From Azolla caroliniana (Eukaryota > Plantae > Polypodiophyta): a DNA stretch of 64,000 nt. A model generated the notes under the pieces. It was not told where the DNA came from, searched no databases, and saw only the letters and a list, made by a program, of their open reading frames with translations. Shown here one piece after another: positions 1 to 14,432 of this stretch. Each line of letters opens with the position of its first letter. Position 1 is the stretch's first letter. The translations under genes were made by a program, and so were the position numbers. The stretch spans positions 20,460,001 through 20,524,000 of the forward strand of contig JBHGNT010000006.1 of assembly GCA_043228905.1 (NCBI GenBank), written 5' to 3'.

Positions 1-479
1 GGAGTGGATTTTGGATATGAACCATAGCTAGTGAATGACCCAACAAGCATGATGTCCAATTTGAGGCAGAGCCTCCCTTGTAATATTGCTCAACCCTTTG
101 TTGGTGGGATTTGCATATGACTCTATGCCATATCAACCTACATTAGCATAGGAGGTGTAGTTGTACCCATTGATGTTGCAATATGCACAATTGAATTGCT
201 TGTCAGCATTGGGCTAGTGGGAGGATCAAATTCCCAATGGTTTTTTTAAGGGCAAATGGAAGGATTTGTTAGTTTTTGTGGAGAGAAATGAGAAAATGGA
301 TTGGCAATATGTACCCCAGTGATGGTTGTTTCCTCCATAGGTGGAGGTTGGTGTCAAGTATGACATAATGGGGGATATCTTACCCGCCACTACATTATAT
401 TATTATATGTCTTGTATATGCTTTTTGGATTGGTAATGGAAACTATGGTGTAGTTTAAATTATTTTTTAAAAGAAATGG

Positions 480-960
480 TTTCTTTAAGGGAAATCATTC
501 TATAGCCTTTAGTTTTAACAACCGTATAAGCTTTGATATTTATCATCTAGAATATTGGTCATAATCCAAATGTATACATCGTAATTTATTGGGAACTACT
601 TACTATTAGGTAGGAATGTTTAATGGCCAATAGGATTGTAATGTGTATGTGAAAGGGACCTTTAGTATTTCCAACTTGTTTAAAAGGGCAAGAGCTCTCA
701 TGAAAAAAGGGTACTTGGGTGCCCAAACTTTAAAGTTACCTTTTGGTTCTCGTTAACTCCCATTTACATCCATTAAGAGGCACTTACATCAATGTAGCTT
801 TTCCACTTTAATTATTTGAGATATATGTGTTTATTATTTAGCAATTATCTATTTAATCGAGACAAATCGTATGTTTCTTATGTCACGATTATCTATTTAA
901 TTAAAACAAACATATTTATTAATTAGTATAGTGATTATGTGTGTGTTAATTTTAGATTAT
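480..960 (+). repeat. LTR-like dispersed repeat; inverted homologue at ~61480-61950
   Basis: For example, ATGTAGCTTTTCCAC..TTGAGATATA..CAATTATCTATTTAAT matches the reverse complement of 61549-61617. Confidence 0.55.
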
Positions 961-2599
961 GTTAACAAGTCATGATGGCTTTCATGATTACATGGAGTGG
1001 ATAGGTAAGTGATTTCATGTGTTGATGTATTACGTGGTCTTTGCCATTGGGTAGTGGCATCCCCTAATCCCTCAACTAGCCCACTGCAAGGAAGGCAACT
1101 CCTCAAGACTCGGTAGTGATCTATGGAAGTGCAACATTCCAAGGTATGAGATATGTCGACCCCTTTAGGGAATTCTTCATCTTCTTTGTCGAAGCATAAA
1201 TTGTTTGCAAATGAAAACTTATAGTAAGCAAAACAATTTTTGCTCTAATAAAACTTACAGATAAAGAGGCAGGAAATGGTTATAAATCCCATAAATTACG
1301 ATAGGTTTTCGACCAATTAAACCATATTATACAATATTTGAAGCCCGTTATAAATGATGAAAGGAAATTGAGGCTACATATAGTTGGGAGGACATCTTGG
1401 AATTGGCTTGGTGAGTTAGACTACAATCGATGACACATCATCTTGGTCATTGTAGGCCTCCCATGTATCCTCGTGATTCATTAGCTCACGACAACTCATT
1501 TTGTCATTGAAGCCTTGCCATTCAATTCCCCAAAATTACAAACCCAATAGCCATCTACTCTCCTTGTTTTATAGCTTTCAAGAGATATCTCATTGGATAA
1601 AAGTAGAACCCTCTCTTCTTGGCATTCACCGAATCACCACTACTCTTGAGTCCTAACATTGGAAAAAGACTTAACCAGTCACATTTAATGTATGCTTTGT
1701 CATCATCACTTATACATACATAATACTTTTATCTTTTCATTTAATCACCTTAAAAACTTTGAATCCATTACCCCTTTGTTGGTAATGGTTTGTAATAATA
1801 TTGTTCTTTTCTCTTTGCTCTTTATTCTAGTGATCACTTCAACCAAAATCTTGAGCCTTTAATGTTCAACTTGCCTCATCTAGTGACCACTTCTTAGCTC
1901 ACAATATCATGATGTGGTGTGTATAAAGTGAAAAGCGTGTAAAAAGCCTAACTTTTATTAAGAACTCATAGATAAAAAAAAGTGAAGAGATCAAGATTAA
2001 AACAACAAGAGAGACCTTGAATGGAAATAATTAATCACTGCAACAATGAAGTCAACCTTTGGAACCCCGTGAGGGTTGATGGAGTGAAAAGTATGATCTA
2101 CTATGCACAAGAGATGGGAATAGAGCATAAGGGAAGTATGAACACAACACTATATTTTAGAAAAGTCAAGTGCTCGTCCAAGGATAATTGTTGTCATATG
2201 TTACAAAATGAAGAGAGCTCATTGATGGGTATGATCATTTTTGGAATAAAGGCTTAGGCTGTCAACATACAAATTGCCAACGTGTAGCAAATCAAGTTGT
2301 GCCAAGGGCTTATGACGACAAAAGGCAATGTGGTCATTGATCATAAACTCAAAAGATCTCCCCTTGTCTCTCTTTCAAATTTATATTTTATGTATTCTTA
2401 AACTCTCACACCCTATGTAACAGGGTTGTATCTTAAGCCCAAGCCTTTTTTACTTGATTGTCCCAATCTAAAATATTCCCATCATCATGTATCTCAAAAA
2501 GGAAAATTTAATTGTTCTCCTTGCAATTTGAGATTGTTATGGAATTTTCAGTTCAAAATTTGAGTATAAATGAGAGAATCTATACCTAGAATTGTTTAA

Positions 2600-2830
2600 T
2601 CTTCTGAAAGACAAAATTTGGACCCACAATTCTAAGTGTTTGGTATACCACCACCACCAAGTTGTATCGAAGAAGTTTATGATGAAAATTTCAGCTCAAA
2701 ATTTTTATTAACAAGCAAAAGGATTCAAACTCGCACTCGTAGTTTGAGAAAAACCAGTGCCCTTCCATTGGGTGACACTTGTATGGAAGGAAAATTTCCT
2801 ATGAAGACAAAAGTTACAATGAAGAAGAAT
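2600..2830 (+). mobile_element. Possible Gypsy chromodomain remnant
   Basis: Degenerate ORF segment EEVYDENF..RIQTRTRSLRK resembles the integrase C-terminal chromodomain region. Confidence 0.3.
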
Positions 2831-3519
2831 AACTTTTCCAAGACCTTTCATTCGGATCTATGGACATGAAATCGTCCCCACGCCCTAATGATTCAAATAG
2901 TTACCATCTATTTATGTCATTTCTCCTCTTGATATCATTCAACGTGTTAAGTGTTTTTTGCATTTACTTCCCTTAATTAATTAACTCTAAAGTCCAATAG
3001 TATGCATGTTCTTGCCACATAAAAGCCAACTCACTATCCATGACTATCAACCGCTAACAACCAATTAAACCTTCTTCGAAGAATCTAAGATGATCGGTTC
3101 CCTCTTACCAACAAACATCCCATCCCCCATGTTTGGGACATCACAACCAATCTATGATAGCAATTTGACCAACTGACCGTATGGCTTGACCTTAGCTACA
3201 CTAGAAAGCCATGGAGTGAGTGGATTGCCCAACAACTCCATTGTATGACCATCACAACACAATGCTTCGTATGATCTAGTAGGGGCTTGTTGTACCTAAG
3301 TTATTGATATGTCTTGTTCCTTTGATTGCCTTCTTGCACACATCTTTTTCCCTATGCTACACTTCTTTCTTTGGAATTCATGTCCATGCTCCTGAAGGGA
3401 AGTAAAGAAATGAGGTAAGTGGAAGGTACTTAGCATCTAGACAAATGCTTAAAAAAAGGCATTCCAAGCCTTAAGGTTCCTTAGTTACAAGATCCAGTAA
3501 TATAACCTCTTGATCAAGT

Positions 3520-3930
3520 CGAGGAATTTCATATGTTCGCCAATGCCTTACATGTGGTGATTGGCAATTTTTTTGATGTAGTTTTACAAGTCGAAGTGCG
3601 GTCAATGGGTACTCTACACGAGTTGTTGCCTCTCAAAGAAGGAAAATAGATGTATCTTCTTTAGTAGTTTGGATGTTATGGAAGGCAAGATGTAAGTGTG
3701 TATTTCAGAATGTCAAACCGAATGTGGTTGAGATATGGTTGATGCTCCTTCATACTCTAAGAGGTCAATATGATGCAATACATGGTGAGCTTGATGTTGT
3801 GTTTCGCAAGCAACGACAATTTCGAGAAATTTGGAAAAAGGCAAAAGTCTTCACCTATTTTGGGGACAGAATAAAATGGAGATATGCTCCACCGAGATGG
3901 CTTTTTCCACCCGTTGTCTTGAAAAGACCA
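3520..3930 (+). mobile_element. LINE (L1-like) ORF2 3' fragment
   Basis: LWKARCKCVFQ..EIWLML..LRGQYD..KWRYAPPRWLFPP; similar to the ORF at 47661. Confidence 0.6.
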
Positions 3931-4561
3931 TGCATGACGGTTTCCGCTACTAGACATGTCGATTCATGGGGTAGGAGAGTTGTAATAGATTGTATGGATA
4001 CTTTGTAGCCTTTGGGCATCTTTTCATTAATACCACAGTGAATCTTGACTTTAAAAAAAGAAGAAGAAGAAGGAAAATAGATACACCACCACAATGTGAG
4101 GAGTGCTCAACATGGCCACAATGCTATTTGTTGGGCTTGAAGTTGATAATCCACATCAACCACTCCACCCTCTTTTATCTTGTGGACTACAAGCGTCACT
4201 AGTCAATGGATGCTTATCTTACAGGAGTTTGGGTTCACCATCTTCCATAGGAATTCCTGTTCCACATCAACCACTATACCCTCTTTTGTGTCGTGGCCAA
4301 TGTGTCACTAATAAACAAATGTGCGCTCATTGGATGCTTATCCGACATGATTACAAGTTTAGCATCTTTTGCATGCCATCATGGACTATCTAGCTATTGC
4401 AATTGGGCTATGATGGAGAAGCTCATGGAGGTTGGCAAATATTTATTGGACACAACCGCCTTTCTTACATCGCCACGTCTAACACATCGGTATCCGGATC
4501 GATGGATCTAATGAATGACCTACTTCTTGGAGGCAAACAATGTGGTGGTTATTGTGAACTT

Positions 4562-5080
4562 TAGGAATCGACAATGGTTTCGTTGTGGCTTAACTGGTCT
4601 AAGAGTTTTCAAACTTGAACTGAACCAATCCAATCCCTACAACGGTTTGGTTTATCTTGGGTCATTTCAAACTGATAAAGGAAGCTCTAGCCTGAACAGT
4701 CGAACCGTTAAAAAGTGGTTTAAAAGCTCTGTTCAGGCTTGAGCTGAGCCGTTGTTGACTCTTAGTTGTGGTTGTGGTTGTGCTTAGGAATCAACAAAGG
4801 TTCTGTTTCGGCATAACCGGTTTGGCCTTGTCCAAACCAAACAAGTTCCTAAACCCGTTAAGGCTTAACCGATTTGACCAAACCGGTTTGTGAACTGGAT
4901 TGGACAAAACACTTAGCTTTAATTGGTTTGGCCCCGATCATGTTCGGTACAGCTCGAGCCTTGACAAAGTGAGCTCAAACCGGTTTACGAAGCTGAAGCC
5001 TGAGCCGGGCCGAAACGAACCGCCAACTGTTGAACGGGGTTCGGTTTATAGGCTTCAAACGAGCCGTTCCCCTCTCGTAG
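4562..5080. mobile_element. Degenerate hAT-like MITE pair with AACCG/CGGTT subterminal motifs
   Basis: Two TAGGAATC(G/A)AC starts (4562, 4784) and dense AACCG/CGGTT/GAGCC motifs. Resembles the cleaner element at 48232. No clean TSD. Confidence 0.45.
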
Positions 5081-5189
5081 TTATGGGAGTGGGATAAGGA
5101 GGAGGAGGCCAGTTTTGTAAATTCCCCTAAAAGTAATTCTCTGTCTCTGTCTCCGTCTCTGTACACAGTTCCTCTAAATTCCTTCACTG

Positions 5190-5260
5190 CAGAACTAGGG
5201 TTTTCTTCTCCACAGAGCTAGGGTTTTCTTCGAGCTAGGGTTTTCTGCAGAGCTAGGGCT
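5190..5260 (+). promoter_or_regulatory. Repeated telo-box-like motifs (CTAGGGTTTT) in 5' leader of the caprin-like gene
   Basis: Three near-identical copies of agA/GCTAGGGTTTTCT and a fourth partial copy, upstream of ATG 5339. Confidence 0.55.
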
Positions 5261-5338
5261 CTTTGTTTTTCTGTTCTTCTTTCTCCTCTTTCGACAAGGG
5301 CATCCTCCGCAACCACCCTCTTCCCCCCCCGCCCCCCC

Positions 5339-8180
5339 ATGGCCGGAAACGATGGCGCTGTTGCTGATACCGAACGAATCTCACCCTCCTCCTGTTCCGC
5401 CAAAGAAGGCCCTGTTCTGAGCTTGTTGAGCAAACGCTTGCGTGCTCTGAAGAAGAAATACAACAAGATTGTGCAGATCGAGGAGAGCAAGTTGCAGGGT
5501 AAGAACATTAATAAGGAGCAAGAAGACGTTTTGAAGCTCAAGCCCTCTGTTGCTGCCCTCATTGATGAGTATGAGAAGCTGAGAGAGCCGTTGTCCGTGG
5601 CTGTGAAAGAGGAGCTTTTTGAGCACGAGAAAGAACTCAAAGAAGCAGAAGAAACGGAAGTGAAAGAAGAAGAAAAGGAAATCAAAGAAGCCTCTTTGAA
5701 TGAGGAGAAAATCATAGAAGGAGGTGAAGTAGGCGAAGAGAAAGACGTTTCTGGTATTCTCGATCAGCAGGTTTCACGGCAGGAGACGTCGGATGTTTCT
5801 GAAAATGGTACCGGACTCCCGGAGTCTTCAGAAAGTTCCGGAAATGGTGTCAGAAATGAGGTTGCAGATATTTTGACATTTCTGTATTTTGCACAACTTT
5901 TTGATGTGAGAGCACATGGGGAGGCCTCTTCTTTGATATGGACTAAGGTTCACGAGAGAAGTTCTTGCCTTTCTTATGACTTTGTTACTGAGGATTCACC
6001 AAGCCCGTTGCTTGAAACTGATCTGGATGATTTGGCCCTCTTTGGTTCATTGCTTACCTCTAGAGCTCCCAATGCAACTATTTCACACAAAGATGCTCTT
6101 GGATTGTGTATCAATCATGCCAATAATTGGGTTCGAAATTCAGACTCTGCTATAAGAGAAGATCTTGGTGTAACCTGTATCCTTTTATACTGATGTTGAT
6201 GTGGTAATATGTCACAAGTTGAAAATGAACTATGGATTGTAATCCATGTTATGGCAGGATTTGGCATCGATGTCTTTTCAATAGTTGACATCATAGGTGC
6301 CACATTGATAAATGTTTGAAAGGAAAAAACAATGAACTATGTCTCCAAACCCTAATGAAGTATTAAAGATTATACGTTTATAGTATTTGTGGACACGTTT
6401 CCTTAACATTGATGGCAGATTCCCATTTGAGAGAGAGATTGAACAGAGTTCTATCGTCTGAGTACTTTACCATGATTCCAGAACTAAAGACTGTTGATCA
6501 ACAAGTTGCTGCAGCTGCTGTAGTGTCAGGAGCAGAGCAATATGCATCAGAGTTTTTGATTCATGGAGCTTCAAGCGGAGAGGTTGTACCAGAAGTTGCA
6601 GCTTTTTTATCATCCCAGGTAACATATACATATTATGCTTTCTGCTATACGAAGAAAATTTCCAGTTATTCCTGGAAGTAGGTCAGGCTGATTGGAGATT
6701 CAACTTTGTGTAAATGCTAGAATGATCTAATGAAATAGAATTTCTAAGAACTTCTGAATTAAGACTGTTTAGTGGCAGAGTATTTCAATGACATTATTTG
6801 CATAATACATTGTAGTTCATAAATTTGGGTTTCACCCATACTAAAAAAGGGTTTCACAGATATTATACTTCGATTATGTCATAATTGTTTTGCAGTTTAG
6901 AATCTCAGGTTTTGAATATCATTCTAGATAGTTGCATCCGTCCTTGAAAATGTTCAGTTCACTATGGGTTTTAAACCAACGAGAAGAATTTTAGATAGCA
7001 GTTTTCACTTGCCATCACCTGCCAGGGATAAGAACTATGATTCCACTTATTATAACATGAAACATAGTTTGAGCACATCCTATACTAAGTGCTTGAGTTG
7101 GAAATACTCGAATAACTGATTAAGAATTCTTTTTAACCCATGGCTGTATGTGCCACAACAAACAAATAGTGAAATAATAATGTGAATAAACTTCTAGGTT
7201 CTGATTTAGATAGCTTTTCCCCTTTTCATGAGATATTAGGGTTAACAATGATGATTCCTCTATACATGACATGCAATGTAGTTTGAACACATCCTATATT
7301 TAATGCTTGAGTTGGAGAGTCTACTAGAATACTGACTGAGAAACGTTTTCTACCCATGTCTGTATTTCCCATAGTAAACATTATTAATAGTGAAACAGTA
7401 ATCTCAGTAAACATGTAGGAATGCATACCTAACGCAACGATGACATGGGATACAGGTTGCGTAATCTTGATAATCTGAATGGTATAGAACTGAGACTAAA
7501 GAATTTTTTTGACAAAAGTTATGGGTTGTATAACTGTGACAGGGTCAAGGAGCAGGTCAACAGCAGTTGCATTCTCAAAGTCTAGAGTATATGCATCAAA
7601 CCACCACTGTTGATGTCGCTTCAAACACGTTTAGAACTCACTTTTCCATTGATCAGTCGGAAACAAGAATTGGGGATCAGATTATAAAGGTATGAAGGAC
7701 TTTTGTATCTGATGCTAAAAACTGTCATGTGTCTAGGATTCATTGTTCTTCACATCTGAGCAGATTGGATCTCATGAAATTCTTGAGAGTGGACCATCTT
7801 CAGAAGAAATTCTACCAGAGCAAAGTGCTCCATCGGTTGATTTCAGAAATCGAGAGGAGACAAAGGACCCAAAAGAGAAACAAGAATCAAATATTCCCAA
7901 TGTTGATGTAGGAACCCGGGGCTATCAGGGTCCTAAGGGCAATGGGAGGGGCTATAATTATGGAGCAAGTGGTAGGGGAAGAGGCTATGTAAATGGGCGT
8001 GGTAGTCGTGGTGGTTATGGAAATGGCCGTGGTGGACAACACTATGATCAAGGAGGATATCATCCGAGAAATAACTATTATGCAAGAGGGGGAGGTCGAG
8101 GTTCAAGGGGTGGGAATTCTTTCAATGGATATCCTAATGGTCAGAATACAGGAGAAACCACAAAAAATATACCTGCTTGA
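5339..8180 (+). CDS. Caprin-like coiled-coil protein with C-terminal RGG/glycine-rich tail (At1g27090-like glycine-rich protein), 4 exons, ~533 aa
   Basis: Exons 5339-6176, 6419-6618, 7543-7689 and 7764-8180 are joined by GT..AG introns and keep frame (junction GVT-Y-SHLRERLNRVLSSEYFT). N-terminal KRLRALKKKYNKIVQIEE coiled coil, ER..CLSYD motif, C-terminal RGRG/RGG/YG repeats. Family assignment is from memory of plant homologues. Confidence 0.85.
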
Positions 8181-11100
8181 TTGTCTGGCATTTGAAACTG
8201 TGTATTGAATGCTGCATGGAATAGTACATTCCACCATTTTTGCAACAACAATTTGATCAGATGCTCTTGAAAAAGCTTTTTCTTTGAGCTGAGTATGCCT
8301 AATTGACCATCGAATTTATACACGGACCTCTTTTTTTATTCAGTGCACTCAGGGTCATTTTTCTAGAGAGCATTCAAGCCCTTGTTGATATTAATTGATG
8401 GCCTCCAGTAATGTGATCTGAACTGATATTCAACATTGTTGGTTATGGTTCACCATGCGTGCTCATAATTTGTCATCAGAGAGTAAAATAGCAGAAATGA
8501 TTAAGTGTCCTCATTTTATTACACCAATAATAATCTAGTTCTCCTGTTTTTTATAGTGTACAAATCACCATTTGATTGCCTTATTGTAGTGATGTATGTA
8601 TCTGACTGAATCTGATTATTCGTGTCAATGTTTGGATCTTATCAGACATTGTCAGTGGGATAGAAAGATGTGAAGGTTCATATTCATTACTTCTGCTGAA
8701 GGACTTAGAGAGAACTCGTATAAGACTCAAGGACTTACCTAAAATCTTGAACTTTGATAGTACAGAAAACCTAGTACTTAGGATTAATTCCTAGTATTGT
8801 AAAATATGGAAATGCAAAGCACCTATCATCTATAGGGGCTTATTTAATCCTGTGGATCTGAGAGTAATTGCAGAACAACTCTTATGGCAAGAATAATTTA
8901 AAGGCTTTTTGGGTTGAGGAGATCTATTCTTTAAAAATGTTGGGTCCTTCAATTGGTTAATATCTGTTGGTATCTGGTTCAGTCTGAAGAAAATGTATAC
9001 TTTTGTATGATAATAGAATTGAGTGCAAGAGATTTTTGAGAATATGTATATTTTGGGAATTCAGTCTCTGCAGGTGATGAATTATAAAGCCTTTGTTTGC
9101 AATACTGTGGATAGCACAGATATCCATAAGTATGTCTTTAAGCACCTGTGATGATGCATTGGGAAGCTTGTAGCATTAAAATGATTATTAAGATTCAGTA
9201 TTGACTATAGCGTAAGTAGAAATTGGTATGTGAATCGAAATGCCAATCTATGGTGCACAGAATTTTGAGATATTCCGATTATGAGGGATATCTTTTCCAC
9301 TTCAACACACCAGCACATAATTGTCTAGATTTCCATGCCCATCTAGTATTATTTCATGACGCAACCAGAATTGTTATAGCTTGTATTAGACATGAGCAAA
9401 TGATAATGATCTCTATGTATGATGAATTACAACTCCAAAGATGTGTGATACATGGGTCTCAAGTCCAATATTTTGAAAGGAATATAGAGATGAAAAAGCA
9501 TTTTACAGTGAAGTCAGGAGGCAGAAGAGTTATATTGAATACAAGAACAGCTAGCTGTCACTAAACACATTAATCGAACACTTGGCATCATAAGCATTAT
9601 AAAAAATGCTGAAATAAATGTTTACACACATTAATTATATTGCACAAGCTACGCCAAACTACAAGGCAAGGCAATCTCCTTCTTCGAAATTGCTTTGTGT
9701 CGCAACATCCGAAGTAAAACCCAAATCCCATTAAGAATAGCGAAATAGGCCAGTCAGCCACTGATATTTTGGTCCAGGGCTAGAATTACAATTAAGGAGT
9801 CTCCAAGGAGACTTTCAATGGGTCAAGATTATGGATAAAAAACGAGAATATCCCAAAATTTTTCCCAAAGGGCCACCCAAGAAGAGTTTGGCTTTACAAC
9901 AAATTGATTTGATGATCTCTACTAGTCCCCTCCAATATCCAATCTGATATCATTAGGCCTTAGACTTCATAAGCAGCTTCAATTCTGATGATTCAATCAA
10001 GCATCACCATGCCAATGCACATAATGAAGGGTGTGATGGGTTCCGTGCTTTATGCCTTCTTCATTTATGTGATTCTCTCCTCCTCAATGCAGGCTTAATT
10101 TATGCCTTCATTTACTATTACAAGATCTTCAGTATTTTTGTAGAGCTGGTAATTTATCGGAGACTGGACTCCTTCAAATTTTAATTCTATGGAGACCAGC
10201 AACCTAATTTGTTGTAATATCCTCCATGGGAGTAGTTAATAGGAACAGGGAGTAAAATCTTGCTTAGTAGGCACACATCATATCCATGGAAACTAACCTA
10301 GCAATCATTATTCTGTAAATTGTTTTATTTTTAGCCAAGATCAAATTCACTATATAGTGATGATGATAATAAAATTCGTATCCCAAGTTTTGGGTCTCCA
10401 GCCTCCCACGGATTGAATTACGACAAGATTTAAATAGAAGCTGGAAGAATGGCGATTTGTATATATATTTGGTGGAATGGGGGTGTGCTCCAGAAAATAA
10501 CATGTCAGGATCCATGTACATATTTCGACCAGTATCATACTTTTGTTTAATCATAAGTAAAATTATACACTAATTTGTTACAAGCTGTCAATAATATATA
10601 ATTTGCTCCCCTTGTATCATCAAATCAAATCTTCCGTTGTTGCTGCTTATAACTATATTTTAGATGTTGCATTAAAACATGGTGTCAGACCTCAAATTGT
10701 AACACATTTCACAAATTACGTTCTTGCAAAAAGCTGCTGCAGCAGTGCAAACTCTAAGTTTATGTTAAATTTGCAAGCGAGAATGGGTGAAACAAGTCTT
10801 TCCACATATTGGTACAATTGTGGTTTGCTCGAGCATAAAAGGAGATTTTTTGTTGGACACAAATAAGTGCAAACATACACACAACGAATCATTCAACGCG
10901 CAAACTTGGTAGTGTAAGATGCATGGTGAAGCTTAGGCACAACCAAACCAATAACTCGGCCAACTTTGATGCAATGTTTGTTATTAATGTAATCTTGTGT
11001 TGAAAATTTTAAAAGGTTTCCAAGAAGCATAGTCTTCTTAATTGTGCTTCAGTCCAAGACAAATGATAAAAATATATGGAGGCCTGAAATGCCTATTAAC

Positions 11101-14002
11101 AAGTGTGCCACATGGCATGATGGGCCATGAATCTATAATTTGGGCATGATAGGTCACATTGTTTACAAAGAAGTAAATTAGGCACCTACAAAGGTATATG
11201 TTGCTATAGTTGGATAACTTTTATATGGACTTAGAACAATTACCTAGGATTTTTTTTAAAGAAAAAGATACTTCCCATTAGTTAGGTAGAGTGTCTTGAC
11301 ACTCCAATATGTATAACAGAATGTAATCGTAGACATTCAACAATTCTATCTACCACATTACCCTAGTATGTGTTTATCATCTTACAATATGTGTGCATCT
11401 TCCTGTTACTTGTAAAATTTCAAGATAATACCATGTACCTTTGTAAAGAATTGGGGGTGATTCTATGTAGTGGAAGGTGTATGTATGTGTGTGTGTGAGA
11501 GAGAGAGGGCGAGGGAGAGAAAACACGGAGTATATAGAGAAATAGTAAAAACTGTATTAGCAAGAAAAATAAAACAACCAACAATTACAAAGAGGAGGAG
11601 AAGGTGCTTATGTAGTCACCTTACCTTCTCTCTATGTTCTCTCACTACAACCACCACATGGAAAAGAGGTGGAGACTTAACTACCTACTAAATACATGTC
11701 ATAGGACTTAACTTCTATGACACTTAGTTTATTATACAAGGAGGTGGGATGTTCATACACTTGGGTATTCCAAAGGTGTGTTCCCACACTAGGGAAGTTG
11801 ACTTTGATTCTCAACACGCCCCTTCAAATGCAACTTCCGGTCACTGAATAGTTGGTTCAGACTGGTCTTCGGGTCGGCTTTGAGTCGGCTCTGGCTTCGT
11901 TCGTATGACTCTTGGCCCATTCCTTACTCTATACTCCCCCTTAAGCTCGGCTGGTTGGCGGTCGAGAGACCTAGGTTCGTTGTGAACTGCCATAGCTTGT
12001 CGCCTCCTAGGGCCTTCGTGAAGATGTTAGACGTTTGCAGATTTATACTAATGTGTTGTAGGTTGACATCTCCGACTAGGACACACTCTCAGATGTACTG
12101 ATAGTGCATCTCAACGTGTTTGGTCCAAGTATGGAAAACTGGGTTGGGGGCAAGGTTTATACTACTCATATTGTCGCAGTAGAGGAGAACCAGATTCTAA
12201 GTGATGGGAACACCCAAATCCTTTAAGATTCTCTTCAGCCACATAGCTTCGCATGCGGCAATTGCCATGCCCCTATATTCGGCCTCTATGCTCGACAGTG
12301 CGATTGTTGACTGCTTCTTACTACTCCACGATATGGCTCCGCTATCGAGGGAGAAGATTAATCCTGATGTTGATCGTCTATCGGCTTTGTAGCTTGCCCA
12401 ATTGGCATTAGTGTACATACCCTTCGAGACGAATCAGTGTGACCAATTTGTTGAGGATGCTGAAATCCATCGTCCCACTTACACAATGTAACACTCGCTT
12501 AGCACAGTCCAGGTGAATGTTTCGTGGTGTCTGCATAAATTGGCTAAGGAGGCCGACTGTGTAGCTGAGGTCAGGCCGAGTAATGGCAAGATAGATAAGG
12601 TTTCTGACTAGTTGTCGGTAATGAGTCGGCTCACAATCTTCTATGCCGGAATTAACATCTAGCTTTATATTTCGATCGAGAGGGGTAGCGATGGGCTTAC
12701 ACTTTGTCATCCCAAACTTGAAGAGCAGAAATTGAGGATATAGTGTTGTTGGGAGATCAGGATGCCGTAAGGAGTCCATATTACTTCTATACATAGAAAG
12801 TAATGTAGCTCCTTCATGTCTTTCATTTCGAATCGGCTAGAGAGAAGCTTCTTAATATGATCGAAATCTGCTAGTATATGCTCTAAGACTCCTCCAATGA
12901 CCAAGTCCTCCATATATATGATGATGTATAGTTGTCCTCTAGAGTCGCTCCGGATGAATAAGGAATTGTCGGACTTGGACATTTTGAAGCCGATTTGGTG
13001 AAGATATTGGGTTATCTTCGAATGCCATGCTCTAGGTGCCTACTTGAGACCGTAGAGAGGCTTTTTGAGTCGATAGATAGTAGTCGGATGCGTACTCGAC
13101 TTGAATCTGGGTGGTTGTACCATGTACACTTCCTCATCTAATTCACCTTGGAGAAAGGCATTCTTGACGTCCATCTGATGGAGCTGTGACCCTTTTGCTG
13201 CTGCAAGCGTGATGACGGTTTGGATGGTAGTCATGTTTGCCACTGGGGCAAAGGTCTCTTCATAATCGACCCTGTGTGTTTGCGCATATACCCTTTTGCC
13301 ACAAGCCGAGCCTTATACCGATTGATGGTGCCGTCGGTATTGTGCTTCACCTTGTATATCCACCGACATCTGATTACCTTCTGGTGGGGTGAAGAGGGGA
13401 TGAGTCCCCATGTCTCGTTTTTGGAGGTGTTTACATCTCCTCATTCATCGCTTCGACCCATCGCGGGTCCTTAGCGGCTTCAAAAAATTTCCGGCTCCTG
13501 AACTGTCGCCACCGTCATCATGAAGGCATAATGATATACCATGTAGTTGTTGTAGCTGAATCGACTGACCACATTCTTCTCTCGGGTGGACCAACAAAGT
13601 TGTTCACATGTCTTCATGGAAACTTTATGGGCTCCTGGTGTCATCATGATAGGAACATCTAATCCACCATACTCACTGTCGAGTGAGTGAGCCGATTCGT
13701 TTCCATTTGAGTCTTTGTACTCTAGCATTTTGGCCTTTCCTTTATCCGATTTTAGACTTGGCCGCGACATGATGTGGTCGCTCGGTGGTTCCTGTGGTCC
13801 ACTCAATCTAGTTGAGATTGGACTCTCCTCTACTGTGAGCCTTAATCGATCCTCCTCTTCCAAGTCTATTTCGATTGGATCAGATGGAGCTGAGTTGATT
13901 ATGTACCAGGATGTCGATTTGTCAAATACGACATCCCTACTCACACATACCTTCCTAGTAGAGGGGTTGAAGCACTTATACACCTTTTGTTCGAGCGAGT
14001 AC

Positions 14003-14432
14003 TATCAGAACCAAGAATAAAAGATAAGAGTGATGGAAGAAGGATATAAGAGAACATGAGAAGAAAGGAATGAAATGCTAAGAGAAGAATGAGTGTATTA
14101 AGATAGAGAAAGAAAGAGAATGGATACAAGATATGTAATGAGAGGTAAAGATTGGTGTTGATTCAAATTGATTTGAGAATACATGTATGCCCTTATATAT
14201 AGGTTCCTATAGAATAGCTTAGATATTTCTATAATGTTCTAGAATGTTCTAGGACATTCTAGAACATTTTAGAATGATCTAGAGTTTTTACAATAATCAA
14301 TGTAATACAAAAAGTAGCTTTTAACCCCTCATATGACAATAAGCTATCTTAATGGTTGAGGTTTTCAATTATGGATTACAAGGTTCGATGTTCTAGTCTG
14401 GGTGACACCATAATGGTCATGTGTTCATGACA
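14003..14432. mobile_element. Solo LTR nested in the Copia integrase SH3 region
   Basis: 5-bp TSD AGTAC (13998-14002 and 14433-14437); termini TATCA..TGACA (decayed TGTCA..TGACA). Removing it restores KCILVGYSLEQKVYKC. Confidence 0.85.

Noticed and set aside
5218-5715. 165-aa antisense ORF
   Set aside because: Shadow of the caprin-like exon 1.
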